Part shown: in pieces, positions 50,104 to 58,532 of the stretch
Layout of the letters: each line of letters begins with the position of its first letter
Position numbering within the stretch: the stretch's first letter is position 1
Origin: an uncultured SAR86 cluster bacterium
GTDB taxonomy: Bacteria > Pseudomonadota > Gammaproteobacteria > Magnimaribacterales > AG-339-G14
Direction of reading: 5' to 3'
Assembly: GCA_902629465.1 (NCBI GenBank)
Contig: CACOQX010000001.1
Coordinates: 17,632-81,631 of the forward strand
DNA: 64,000 bases
Notes under the pieces: model-generated
What the model was told of the DNA's origin: nothing
The model's input: the letters and a program-made list of their open reading frames with translations, nothing else
Databases searched by the model: none
Translations under genes and position numbers: made by a program

Positions 50104-51212
50104 ACAATCTCAAAAGAGGGAATCCATTTATTATCAATCTTTTCAAATAAGTCTTTGTTGGCCCATTTATCTATAACTTCGTTAAATTCATCTTTGCTCA
50201 TTTGGAAATACTCTAAGTATTCATCTAAATACTCTTCGGGCAACTGGTTATCATAAATATTTACCAATTGAATCGCCTGTTCCCTAGTCATAGCTCCCCT
50301 TCTAATATCAATTCCCGCATCTTGGGTAGCTCTTCCAAATCCAAATTTTAGATACATTAAGTAGGTATGTAAGTCATAAAGAACATTATCGTTCTGCGCG
50401 AAATTTGTATAAGTTCCGGTATTTTGTGATTCTCTTTCTTGAAGTCCACAATTCTCCTTAGCTATAAGGTAATTTCTATAAGGGTCCCAAGCCTCAAAAT
50501 ATGACCAATGTGCCATTTCGATATTCAAATTTGTCTCTGGAAATTCCCAAAAATAAAGGTCCTCTTTTGAAAGATTTTTATAAGTTACGTCATGATGTTT
50601 CTCTAAATATATTTCTTTAGTAAATTCAGGAGAAAAAGTTGCAGAGTATTTTGAAAAATTTGATCCACCATACTCAATTTCTCCATCTTCTCCATACATG
50701 ATAAGAGAAATCCCAAAATTACTTGCAACTCTTGAAACAGCTGTAAATATTGCTGTTGTCCATCCATAAAGGGGTCTTCCTTGCTCAATGAATCCTCTTT
50801 TATTCATCTGCATGAGAGTTTCATAGGGAAGGTTAACTTCGATAAGGGGAAACCCACTTTTTTTAAAATTCTCTAAATTTATAAAGCCAATTTCTGATCT
50901 AGTAGGAGGATGAACTGTTATACAAAGTGGATTGAGGCCGTATCTATTTTTGCATGTATAAGCCACGTAACTTCCATCTTTACCGCCACTAACTGGGACT
51001 AAAATATCAAATGGAGAGTCGTTTTTGTGTTTTTTAATTAATTCTAAAAGTTCTTTTTCTCTAGATTCCCAATCAATCTTCTCCTTCTCTTTTGACCACT
51101 TACAAGCATTACAAACACCATCCTCATCAAACTCAATTCTTGGTCTAGTAGACATGTTCAAACAAGATGAACACCAAAAAAATTGTTTCTCGTTATTATT
51201 TTTAGAATTCAT
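50100..51212 (-). CDS. N-acetyl-sugar amidotransferase (WbpG/PseA family, PP-loop)
   Basis: 370 aa with an N-terminal Cys4 cluster (CSSC...CNAC) and the PP-loop VPVSGGKDGSY. Confidence 0.8.
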   Translation of the reverse strand: MNSKNNNEKQFFWCSSCLNMSTRPRIEFDEDGVCNACKWSKEKEKIDWESREKELLELIKKHKNDSPFDILVPVSGGKDGSYVAYTCKNRYGLNPLCITVHPPTRSEIGFINLENFKKSGFPLIEVNLPYETLMQMNKRGFIEQGRPLYGWTTAIFTAVSRVASNFGISLIMYGEDGEIEYGGSNFSKYSATFSPEFTKEIYLEKHHDVTYKNLSKEDLYFWEFPETNLNIEMAHWSYFEAWDPYRNYLIAKENCGLQERESQNTGTYTNFAQNDNVLYDLHTYLMYLKFGFGRATQDAGIDIRRGAMTREQAIQLVNIYDNQLPEEYLDEYLEYFQMSKDEFNEVIDKWANKDLFEKIDNKWIPSFEIV

Positions 51213-51219
51213 AAGTCTT

Positions 51220-51933
51220 TTAAAGAAATTTTTTTGATAAATATTCTGCTATGTAGAAGTCTTCTATTGAATCTATCTCAATGTTCTTAAATTTTGGCAT
51301 TTCTTTGGCAATGGTACGCTCATGATGGAAACTTCTTTTTTTTAACAAAGTCTCAGTTTTGGAGATATAAATACTACCATCTAAAAAATATAAATCTTCT
51401 AATTCTTGTCTTCTTAATGCTCTGAATTTTTTAAATCCTACATAGGGTTTCATAAATGAGTTTTTATCAATTTTTATCGAAAAACTTGGATGAGAGTCAA
51501 TTAATTTGCCAACAGATATAAGAGCATCTGCATTTTTTCTTTTTTTATGAAGGAGATTAAGACAATTTGAGATATCTTCAGAGGTAGTCAATGGTGAAGT
51601 AGGTTCAAGCATTACAATATATTCAAAATATTGATTCTGTTTTTGATAAAATTTTATTGCATGTTCCAAAACATCAATTGTGGTCGCTGAAGAAGAAGAA
51701 ATATGTTTTGGTCTCAAAAAAGGAGCTTCAGCCCCATATTCAATTGCGAGTTTCTGATACTCTATAGAATCAGTTGATACTAAAACTTTATCTATAATCT
51801 TATTTTCTTTTAATGCCTTTAATGGCCAAGTTAAAAGAGGATGTCCTTTAAAATTTAAAATATTTTTATTTTTTAAACCCTTTGAACCTGATCGGGCAGG
51901 TACAATTCCTAATACTTTTTGTTTTTTAATCAT
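51220..51933 (-). CDS. neuA: CMP-nonulosonic acid synthetase (acylneuraminate cytidylyltransferase family)
   Basis: 237 aa with GIVPARSGSKGLKNKN. The symbol is family-level only. Confidence 0.85.
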   Translation of the reverse strand: MIKKQKVLGIVPARSGSKGLKNKNILNFKGHPLLTWPLKALKENKIIDKVLVSTDSIEYQKLAIEYGAEAPFLRPKHISSSSATTIDVLEHAIKFYQKQNQYFEYIVMLEPTSPLTTSEDISNCLNLLHKKRKNADALISVGKLIDSHPSFSIKIDKNSFMKPYVGFKKFRALRRQELEDLYFLDGSIYISKTETLLKKRSFHHERTIAKEMPKFKNIEIDSIEDFYIAEYLSKKFL

Positions 51934-52985
51934 TAAGAAAATTTAATTTCTTCTGCCTTAGAAATATCTTCAGGTTTTCCAACATCTACCCAAGATTCAT
52001 AAATTGGATAAATGATAGTTTTATATTTCCTATCCTTTAACCTAAGAAATAAATCCGGCATATCACAATACTCATTTTCACTTAATTCCGATATGCATCT
52101 GTGGTTTAGTACATATACTCCCGCATTTATCAGGCTGTAAGAAATTGGTTTTTCTTCAAAGCCGGTAATATTAAAGCCATCCGCATGAACGACTCCATAA
52201 GAATTTTGGTGCATAAAACTGTTGACTGCCATAGTTGCATGAGAATTTCTTTTTGAATGAAATCTAAGTATTTTATGATAATTCAAGTTTGTAAGAACAT
52301 CAGCATTTGTAACTAAAAATGGTAAATCCGTATCTGGTCTAAACAAAGAAATAGCTCCAGCTGTTCCTAAAGGCTTTCTTTCCTCAATGAATTTTATGTT
52401 GACTCCGAAATTTTCATTTCTCTCTAAAAATTCTACAATTCTATTTTTTAGATAATTTAAAGAGATATAAAAATTTATGAATCCTTCTTCTTTTGCATTT
52501 TCTATTATTCTTTGAATTAAGGGTTTTCCAGAAACTTCGACCATTGGCTTAGGCTTATCTTTAGTAATGCTTCCAAGTCTAATACCCTTACCGCCTGCCA
52601 TTATTAAGAAAGGATTATCAATTTTTGAACTGACTCCCGATGACATCAAATCAAAAACTCCAGCGACTTTACTATCTTCAATAATTGGTAGTTTTTGAAT
52701 TTTTTTATTTAGCATTAATTCTTTTGCGGCTTCAAAATCAATTGAGTTATTGGTGATAACAGGGTTTGGATTCATAGCTAAATATACGGGAGATTTTAAA
52801 TCTATCTTTTTTAGTATTGCTCTCCTAATATCCCCATCAGTAAGAGTACCAATGAATTCATCATCTTTGTTAACAACCAAAAGTATCTGTAGCCCACTTT
52901 TTTCAAGAGTTTTTATAGCCTTAATAAGAGAGGATTCTTTAAAAATTAAAGTTTTTTTCCATTTTTTTTCTTCTAATTTATTCAT
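51933..52985 (-). CDS. CBS-pair + sugar-1-phosphate nucleotidyltransferase (PtmE-like)
   Basis: 350 aa with N-terminal tandem CBS domains, then MAGGKGIRLGSITKDKPKPM. Confidence 0.8.
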   Translation of the reverse strand: MNKLEEKKWKKTLIFKESSLIKAIKTLEKSGLQILLVVNKDDEFIGTLTDGDIRRAILKKIDLKSPVYLAMNPNPVITNNSIDFEAAKELMLNKKIQKLPIIEDSKVAGVFDLMSSGVSSKIDNPFLIMAGGKGIRLGSITKDKPKPMVEVSGKPLIQRIIENAKEEGFINFYISLNYLKNRIVEFLERNENFGVNIKFIEERKPLGTAGAISLFRPDTDLPFLVTNADVLTNLNYHKILRFHSKRNSHATMAVNSFMHQNSYGVVHADGFNITGFEEKPISYSLINAGVYVLNHRCISELSENEYCDMPDLFLRLKDRKYKTIIYPIYESWVDVGKPEDISKAEEIKFS

Positions 52986-52994
52986 GTTTTAAGA

Positions 52995-53588
52995 TCAATT
53001 ATTATCTTTCACCAAAGATGCAGCTTTTATAAAGGAATTTTTTCTTAATTTTACTCCTTGTATTACTGTGGACCCCGCTCCAATATAAGAGTCGTTACCA
53101 ATATCTACGTCCCCACATATGCAAGAAGAAGGCGCAACATGAGTATTTTTTCCAATTAAAGAATTATGATCAATTGAAACTCTTGAATTTATAATACAAT
53201 TATCACCTATCGAAACCTTTGTTTGAACTATTGAGCCAGCCATTATTTGAATACCTTCACCTAAAACCACATCTTCTGCTACATATGAAAAAGGGTGAAT
53301 TAAGTTAGGTATCGAAAATCCATTTTTCTTTATTTTTTCGAAGACTTCATTTCTTTTATTTTCTGAGGGTTTTGCTCCCAATCCTAAGGCAATATTGTAT
53401 TTGGATGCATCTAATTTAAGCAAAGCGTTATCGCTGCCTAATACTTTTAAATCATTCCATGATTCATTATTTTTCACTTCTTCAAAGACAGGATCGCAAA
53501 CTCCTTCTATAGGATATTTTAAATCTTTCAAAAGCCTACAAACGACCTCGCCGTGACCACCAGTACCCAGAATAATAAAAGGCTTCAT
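52995..53588 (-). CDS. NeuD/PglD-family sugar N-acetyltransferase
   Basis: 197 aa with an N-terminal Rossmann-like ILGTGGHG followed by hexapeptide repeats. Confidence 0.8.
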   Translation of the reverse strand: MKPFIILGTGGHGEVVCRLLKDLKYPIEGVCDPVFEEVKNNESWNDLKVLGSDNALLKLDASKYNIALGLGAKPSENKRNEVFEKIKKNGFSIPNLIHPFSYVAEDVVLGEGIQIMAGSIVQTKVSIGDNCIINSRVSIDHNSLIGKNTHVAPSSCICGDVDIGNDSYIGAGSTVIQGVKLRKNSFIKAASLVKDNN

Positions 53589-53597
53589 ATTTTTTTA

Positions 53598-54671
53598 TTA
53601 ATCGATTGAATCATTCTCAGAATAATTTTTATTGGATATCGTGCCGAGGAGATTCCAGTAATTTTCTGGATACAAACCAGTCTCTGCTCTAATGATTTTC
53701 AGGTTTTTAGAAGAAAATTTTTCCCCCTTTTTAATTTTTCTAGATGCCACAATTTTCTTTCTTACTTTGTCTCTAACTTCCCACTCATTCTTTTGAGTTT
53801 TTTTTATACCATCGCCTAAAGCATTTTCTAAAGATCTTATATTCTCTATCAGTCTCTTTAATTCTTTGGGCTCTAAAGAGGAGCTGTGGTCTGGACCATC
53901 TAAATTTTTATCTAGGGTTAAATGCTTTTCAATAATTTTTGCACCCAAAGCTATTGCTCCTATAGGTAAATGTATGCCTAGAGAATGATCTGAAAACCCA
54001 ACCGTAATCTTGAAAGCTTTTTTTAAAGTTTTGATAGCATTTAAATTTATTTCATTATCTTTTGCAGGATAATTTGATAGGCAGTGAAGAATTGAAACTT
54101 TTTTTCGAAATTTTTTTATATCCAACTTAGACCATAAAGCCCAAACTTCGTCTAAATCTTTAGGCTGAGTCTCAGAAATAAATCCGTGATTTAAAACTGC
54201 CAAGGCGAGTTCAATATCTGAGAGATTGGACATTCCTGTAGAGAGGATTACATTTTTCTTTAAATTTGCAATTTTCCATAAAAATGGAAGATTATTTATT
54301 TCTCCTGAGGGAATTTTAAAGAAAGGAACCCTTAAAGAATTAAGAAAACTGAGACTTTCATAGTCAAAAGGAGTTGAGATAAAATCTATTTTCATTTTTC
54401 TAGCATTCGAAATTAAATCTTTATAGAACGACTTTGGTAGTTCAAGTTTTTTTAGCATTTCATACTGCGAAGAAACATCTTTTGAAGATTTTTTTTGATA
54501 ATTAGCTTTCTCTAAAGTCTTGCTTGTGATCTTTTTTGCATTAAAAGTTTGAAATTTAATTGCATTTGCACCGGCCATTGCAGCTTCTTCTATTAACCTA
54601 ATAGCCATAGCTTTGTCACCGTTGTGATTTACACCCGCTTCAGCAATGAAATATGTTTTATTTTGGTTCAT
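53598..54671 (-). CDS. neuB: nonulosonic acid synthase (NeuB/LegI family) with C-terminal SAF domain
   Basis: 357 aa with FIAEAGVNHNGD and DAIKFQ-like (NAIKFQTF). The symbol is family-level only. Confidence 0.9.
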   Translation of the reverse strand: MNQNKTYFIAEAGVNHNGDKAMAIRLIEEAAMAGANAIKFQTFNAKKITSKTLEKANYQKKSSKDVSSQYEMLKKLELPKSFYKDLISNARKMKIDFISTPFDYESLSFLNSLRVPFFKIPSGEINNLPFLWKIANLKKNVILSTGMSNLSDIELALAVLNHGFISETQPKDLDEVWALWSKLDIKKFRKKVSILHCLSNYPAKDNEINLNAIKTLKKAFKITVGFSDHSLGIHLPIGAIALGAKIIEKHLTLDKNLDGPDHSSSLEPKELKRLIENIRSLENALGDGIKKTQKNEWEVRDKVRKKIVASRKIKKGEKFSSKNLKIIRAETGLYPENYWNLLGTISNKNYSENDSID

Positions 54672-55339
54672 TTAATTTCTTTTAAAAGCATGAAGGATTC
54701 AGCTGCCAATGTTCCGGATTGTGCTCCTCTCAAGACTGCAAGAGCATTTATTGCCTTTTCACTTCTTGGAAAAGGAAATTTATTTATTTCTGATTTGTAG
54801 ATTTTCATAATAGAAATTTTTTTCTTGATAAATTTTGAAATATCTATGAAAACATTCGGATTAAAAGTTTCTGAAAAGCTTTTTACTGAACCAAAATCTG
54901 TTTCGGAAATAGTTTCATAAACATAAAGAGATTTTAATTTTTTATTCCGAAAAGTTTTTGATGCGGCAATAATAGAATTGAAAACAACTTTATGATCACT
55001 GTGCACGTCATTTTTAAATGGAATGTACATGATTTCTGGCTGAATTTTTTTTAATACTCTAGAGAATTCTTTAATAATTTCTGCCATAGGTTTAGTATCT
55101 AAATAAGAGGTTTCAAAACCAGATCTTAAAACCTCATTAAATTTATAGGCTTTTGAGACTTTTTCTATCTGTTTGTTCCTTTCGATGATTTCTTTTTCAG
55201 AATAACCTCCTTGTGAATTCATCTCAGTGACTATTAACCAATAGATTTCATCACCTTGTGCTTGATGCTTTAAGATGGTTCCTCCGCACCCTAAAGTCTC
55301 ATCATCTGGATGAGGTGCCACTACTAAAACTTTACTCAT
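54668..55339 (-). CDS. PIG-L/LmbE-family de-N-acetylase
   Basis: 223 aa with VVAPHPDDETLGCGG and HSDH. Confidence 0.85.
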   Translation of the reverse strand: MSKVLVVAPHPDDETLGCGGTILKHQAQGDEIYWLIVTEMNSQGGYSEKEIIERNKQIEKVSKAYKFNEVLRSGFETSYLDTKPMAEIIKEFSRVLKKIQPEIMYIPFKNDVHSDHKVVFNSIIAASKTFRNKKLKSLYVYETISETDFGSVKSFSETFNPNVFIDISKFIKKKISIMKIYKSEINKFPFPRSEKAINALAVLRGAQSGTLAAESFMLLKEIK

Positions 55340-56237
55340 AAAAAAATTCTCCTTCGATTTTATCTTTAAATTGTTTTTTGCTAAATGAGATGGCCATGTC
55401 TCCAGTTTTCACAATCAGTTCTTTAGAATTGTTTTTAATTATTCTTCCGGGTTCTTGGTTATCTATTTTTATATTCACTATTTTTGAGTTACTTACAAGA
55501 AATTTTTTTTTATTGTAGATGAAATAAGCTCCGGGATATGGATCTGCAAGTGCTCTTACCAAATTATAAATGTTTTTACTATTCATTCTCCAATCTATCT
55601 TTCCATCAATTTCACTTCTTTTTCTCCAAACATTAGAATCTTTTTTTAGTTGTCGAATAGGATTTATTGAATCGTTAATAAAATTATCAATAATTTCATT
55701 TATCTGAACGGGAATAACCTTGAGAACCTTATTGTATAAGTCCTTTGCGTAATCCTTATTAGAAATTTTGATGATTTTTTGATTTAAAATGTCTCCCGCG
55801 TCAGGTTCTTTAGTTAAGAAGAAGAATGTCGAAGCTGTTTTCTTTAATCCTAGTACTAAAGCCCATATTAGGGGATGCCTTCCTCTATTTTTTGGGAGTT
55901 CAGCTGGATGAAACCCAATAATTTTATTTTTATAAAAACTTAAAACAGGTTCTTTAATGATTTTTGACCAACCTATGACAAATACTAAGTCTATTTTGTG
56001 ATTATCTAAGATTTTTCTTTGAACATTGAAATCTTTGATATTTTCTTCATAAAAGAAATCAATCTTTTTTTTCTTTGCCTTCTTTCCAAGATCTACAAAA
56101 TCTGAATTGAAGGTTGATTTTTTTGAGCAAATAAGAAGTTTAAAATTTATCTTTTTATTTTCTAAAAGCGCATCAAAGGCAATGTCGCTTGATTTGACGC
56201 AGCCTATAAGGCAAACATTTAGTTTTTTAAAGATCAT
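55332..56237 (-). CDS. formyltransferase-family protein (Fmt/ArnA N-domain-like)
   Basis: 301 aa with IIGFHPAELPKNRGRHPL and EPDAGDIL, plus a C-terminal Fmt-like beta-barrel domain. Confidence 0.75.
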   Translation of the reverse strand: MIFKKLNVCLIGCVKSSDIAFDALLENKKINFKLLICSKKSTFNSDFVDLGKKAKKKKIDFFYEENIKDFNVQRKILDNHKIDLVFVIGWSKIIKEPVLSFYKNKIIGFHPAELPKNRGRHPLIWALVLGLKKTASTFFFLTKEPDAGDILNQKIIKISNKDYAKDLYNKVLKVIPVQINEIIDNFINDSINPIRQLKKDSNVWRKRSEIDGKIDWRMNSKNIYNLVRALADPYPGAYFIYNKKKFLVSNSKIVNIKIDNQEPGRIIKNNSKELIVKTGDMAISFSKKQFKDKIEGEFFYE

Positions 56238-57381
56238 GAAATTCTTTTAAAAGAATATTTTGAAGATTTATTTTAGAAATTATTTTATGTATTTTTTTAG
56301 ATGCCCCTTTTTTACCATAAGGAGTTTCTTTCCTATTAGCAATATTTTTAAATTCTTTAGAAAGACCTTTTTTAATAGATAAAAAGATTTGTTTTGAATT
56401 ATAAGTTGAATGCAAAACAGATGGTGCCTTTATCCTTCCTTGTTGTCTTACTCCGATATCTAAACTCGGAGTACCAAGATAAGGTGCCTCTATTATCCCA
56501 CTCGAAGAATTGCCAATGACCAAATCGGAAATGTTCATTAATGATGAATAAATTTTTGAACCAAGAGACTCAAAATAGAAAATGTTGTTATTTTTTTTGA
56601 ATTTTAATCTTTGTGTTTCTTTTCTTATTTTTTCTCCCCAGGTATCTGCATTATTGCCAGTAATTACGATGGTGCCATCAAACTTTAAGAGATTTTTTAA
56701 AATATTTTTAAAAATGATTTCTTCATCGATACTACCAAGAGTTACAGGATGAAAGGTAAATAAAAAAATAGGAGGTTTCAAAGTAATTTTTAGAATTTTT
56801 TCAAGTTCGTTTGTATTTAGAAAATTACTTCTTATCAAATTATCATATCCCAAAGCGCCAACATTCCAAATAGAACTTGGTTTTTCACCAAGCTGAATGA
56901 GTCTTTTTTTGTATTTTTGACAGGATACAAAGTGAAGATGTGACATTTTTGAAATACTATGTCGAATTGCTTCATCAATTAAGCCAAAAGTGCTTTCTCC
57001 TCCATGAATATGTGCAATCGGGATTCTGTGTATCATTGCAGCTTGTGCAGCTGCAAGAGCCTCATATCTATCGCCTAAAATGATTAATAAATCTGGCTTT
57101 AGAGAGAATAAAACTTCAGATGTTTTCCTTACTGCCAGAGACAAAGATTTAGAAATACCCTTTGGTGAATCATCTTTGGTGAGGATTTTAAATTTAGAGC
57201 TAATTTTAAAGTTATCCTTCTGAATTTGTTTCCAAGTGCTGCCAAACTTCTTTTCTAGATGAGATCCTGTAACAATCATATTAAAAATTATATTTTTATC
57301 TTCTTTGACGATTTCCATGAGAGGTTTCATTAGCCCGTAGTCAGCTCTACTTCCTGTAAAAAAAGCTACATTTCTTTTCAT
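56227..57381 (-). CDS. neuC: hydrolysing NDP-HexNAc 2-epimerase (NeuC/LegG family)
   Basis: 384 aa with LGDRYEALAAAQAA and HIHGGE. The symbol is family-level only. Confidence 0.85.
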   Translation of the reverse strand: MKRNVAFFTGSRADYGLMKPLMEIVKEDKNIIFNMIVTGSHLEKKFGSTWKQIQKDNFKISSKFKILTKDDSPKGISKSLSLAVRKTSEVLFSLKPDLLIILGDRYEALAAAQAAMIHRIPIAHIHGGESTFGLIDEAIRHSISKMSHLHFVSCQKYKKRLIQLGEKPSSIWNVGALGYDNLIRSNFLNTNELEKILKITLKPPIFLFTFHPVTLGSIDEEIIFKNILKNLLKFDGTIVITGNNADTWGEKIRKETQRLKFKKNNNIFYFESLGSKIYSSLMNISDLVIGNSSSGIIEAPYLGTPSLDIGVRQQGRIKAPSVLHSTYNSKQIFLSIKKGLSKEFKNIANRKETPYGKKGASKKIHKIISKINLQNILLKEFHDL

Positions 57382-58532
57382 TTTTTTTTAATTATGGGAG
57401 AACTAGGAAGATTTATGAGCCTTTCCCAAATATTTTGCGAAACGGTTAAATCCGTTGGGAAACAATTTTTGAACATTGGCAAGGCATTCATTAAACTCCA
57501 GGCGGGCCTTACATAAATTTTTCTTTTATTTAAATAATTGATCATTCTTTTTCTTTCTTTAATGTTTGGAGCCAAAATAGCATTTAACCAATAATTAGAA
57601 CGTGCTTCCGGAGGTTCTTTAAAAAATAGATAATCGCTTCCGTCATAAAAATCTTTATATAAATTTGCAATTTTTCTCTTAGAAGAAATATATTTATCAA
57701 TTTTTTTTAGCTGGGATATGCCTAAAGAAGCATTTAAGTTAGGTAACCGATAATTATATCCAATAGCGTCATGGAAAAATTCTAGAGGATTTTTTTTTGC
57801 TGTGGTGGATAAATGCCTTGATAATGTTCCCGCTTTTTTGGACTTACATATAAGTGCTCCACCCCCTCCAGTAGTAATGATTTTATTTCCATTAAAGCTT
57901 AAAGTTCCAAAGTTACCAAATGTCCCCGTATGCTTATTTTTATAAGTAGTGCCTAGACTCTCCGCGGCGTCTTCAATAACTTTTACATTTTTTTTTCTAC
58001 AAATATTTATAATTTTGTCTATCAGTGCAGGATGTCCATAAGTGTGCATTACAATCAAAGCTTTTATTGGTCTTTTAGACTTTTTTTCTAAACAAGTTCC
58101 AAATTTATTCATTACAGTATGTTCGTCAAAAAATTCTTTTAATTTTTCGGGGCAGATGCTGAGAGTTTTAGGTGAAATATCAATAAATATTGGGTCTGCC
58201 AAGAGGTAAGAAATACAATTTGCAGCCGCAACGAAATTAAATGCTTGTGAGATAACAAAATCATTTTTCTTTACTCCGCTCATGATGAGCGAAAGATGTA
58301 AAGCTGAAGTTCCATTTACAGTAGAAACTACATCTGTTGCATTTGTATATTTCTGTAACTTGATTTCAAATTTCGAAACATTTTTTCCGTAGGTAGAAAC
58401 ATATGAACTTTTTATGGATGATGTAACAGAACTTATGTCCTCTTTAGAAAAATAAGGTTCATGAAGGCTTATGTCTTTCTTGCCTCTGTAAATTTCTCTT
58501 ATAAAGCTTTCTGAATCTTTTAAAACATTCAT
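57378..58532 (-). CDS. DegT/DnrJ/EryC1/StrS-family sugar aminotransferase (LegC/PglE-like)
   Basis: 384 aa with the PLP-lysine region SFNGNKIITTGGGG. Confidence 0.9.
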   Translation of the reverse strand: MNVLKDSESFIREIYRGKKDISLHEPYFSKEDISSVTSSIKSSYVSTYGKNVSKFEIKLQKYTNATDVVSTVNGTSALHLSLIMSGVKKNDFVISQAFNFVAAANCISYLLADPIFIDISPKTLSICPEKLKEFFDEHTVMNKFGTCLEKKSKRPIKALIVMHTYGHPALIDKIINICRKKNVKVIEDAAESLGTTYKNKHTGTFGNFGTLSFNGNKIITTGGGGALICKSKKAGTLSRHLSTTAKKNPLEFFHDAIGYNYRLPNLNASLGISQLKKIDKYISSKRKIANLYKDFYDGSDYLFFKEPPEARSNYWLNAILAPNIKERKRMINYLNKRKIYVRPAWSLMNALPMFKNCFPTDLTVSQNIWERLINLPSSPIIKKK

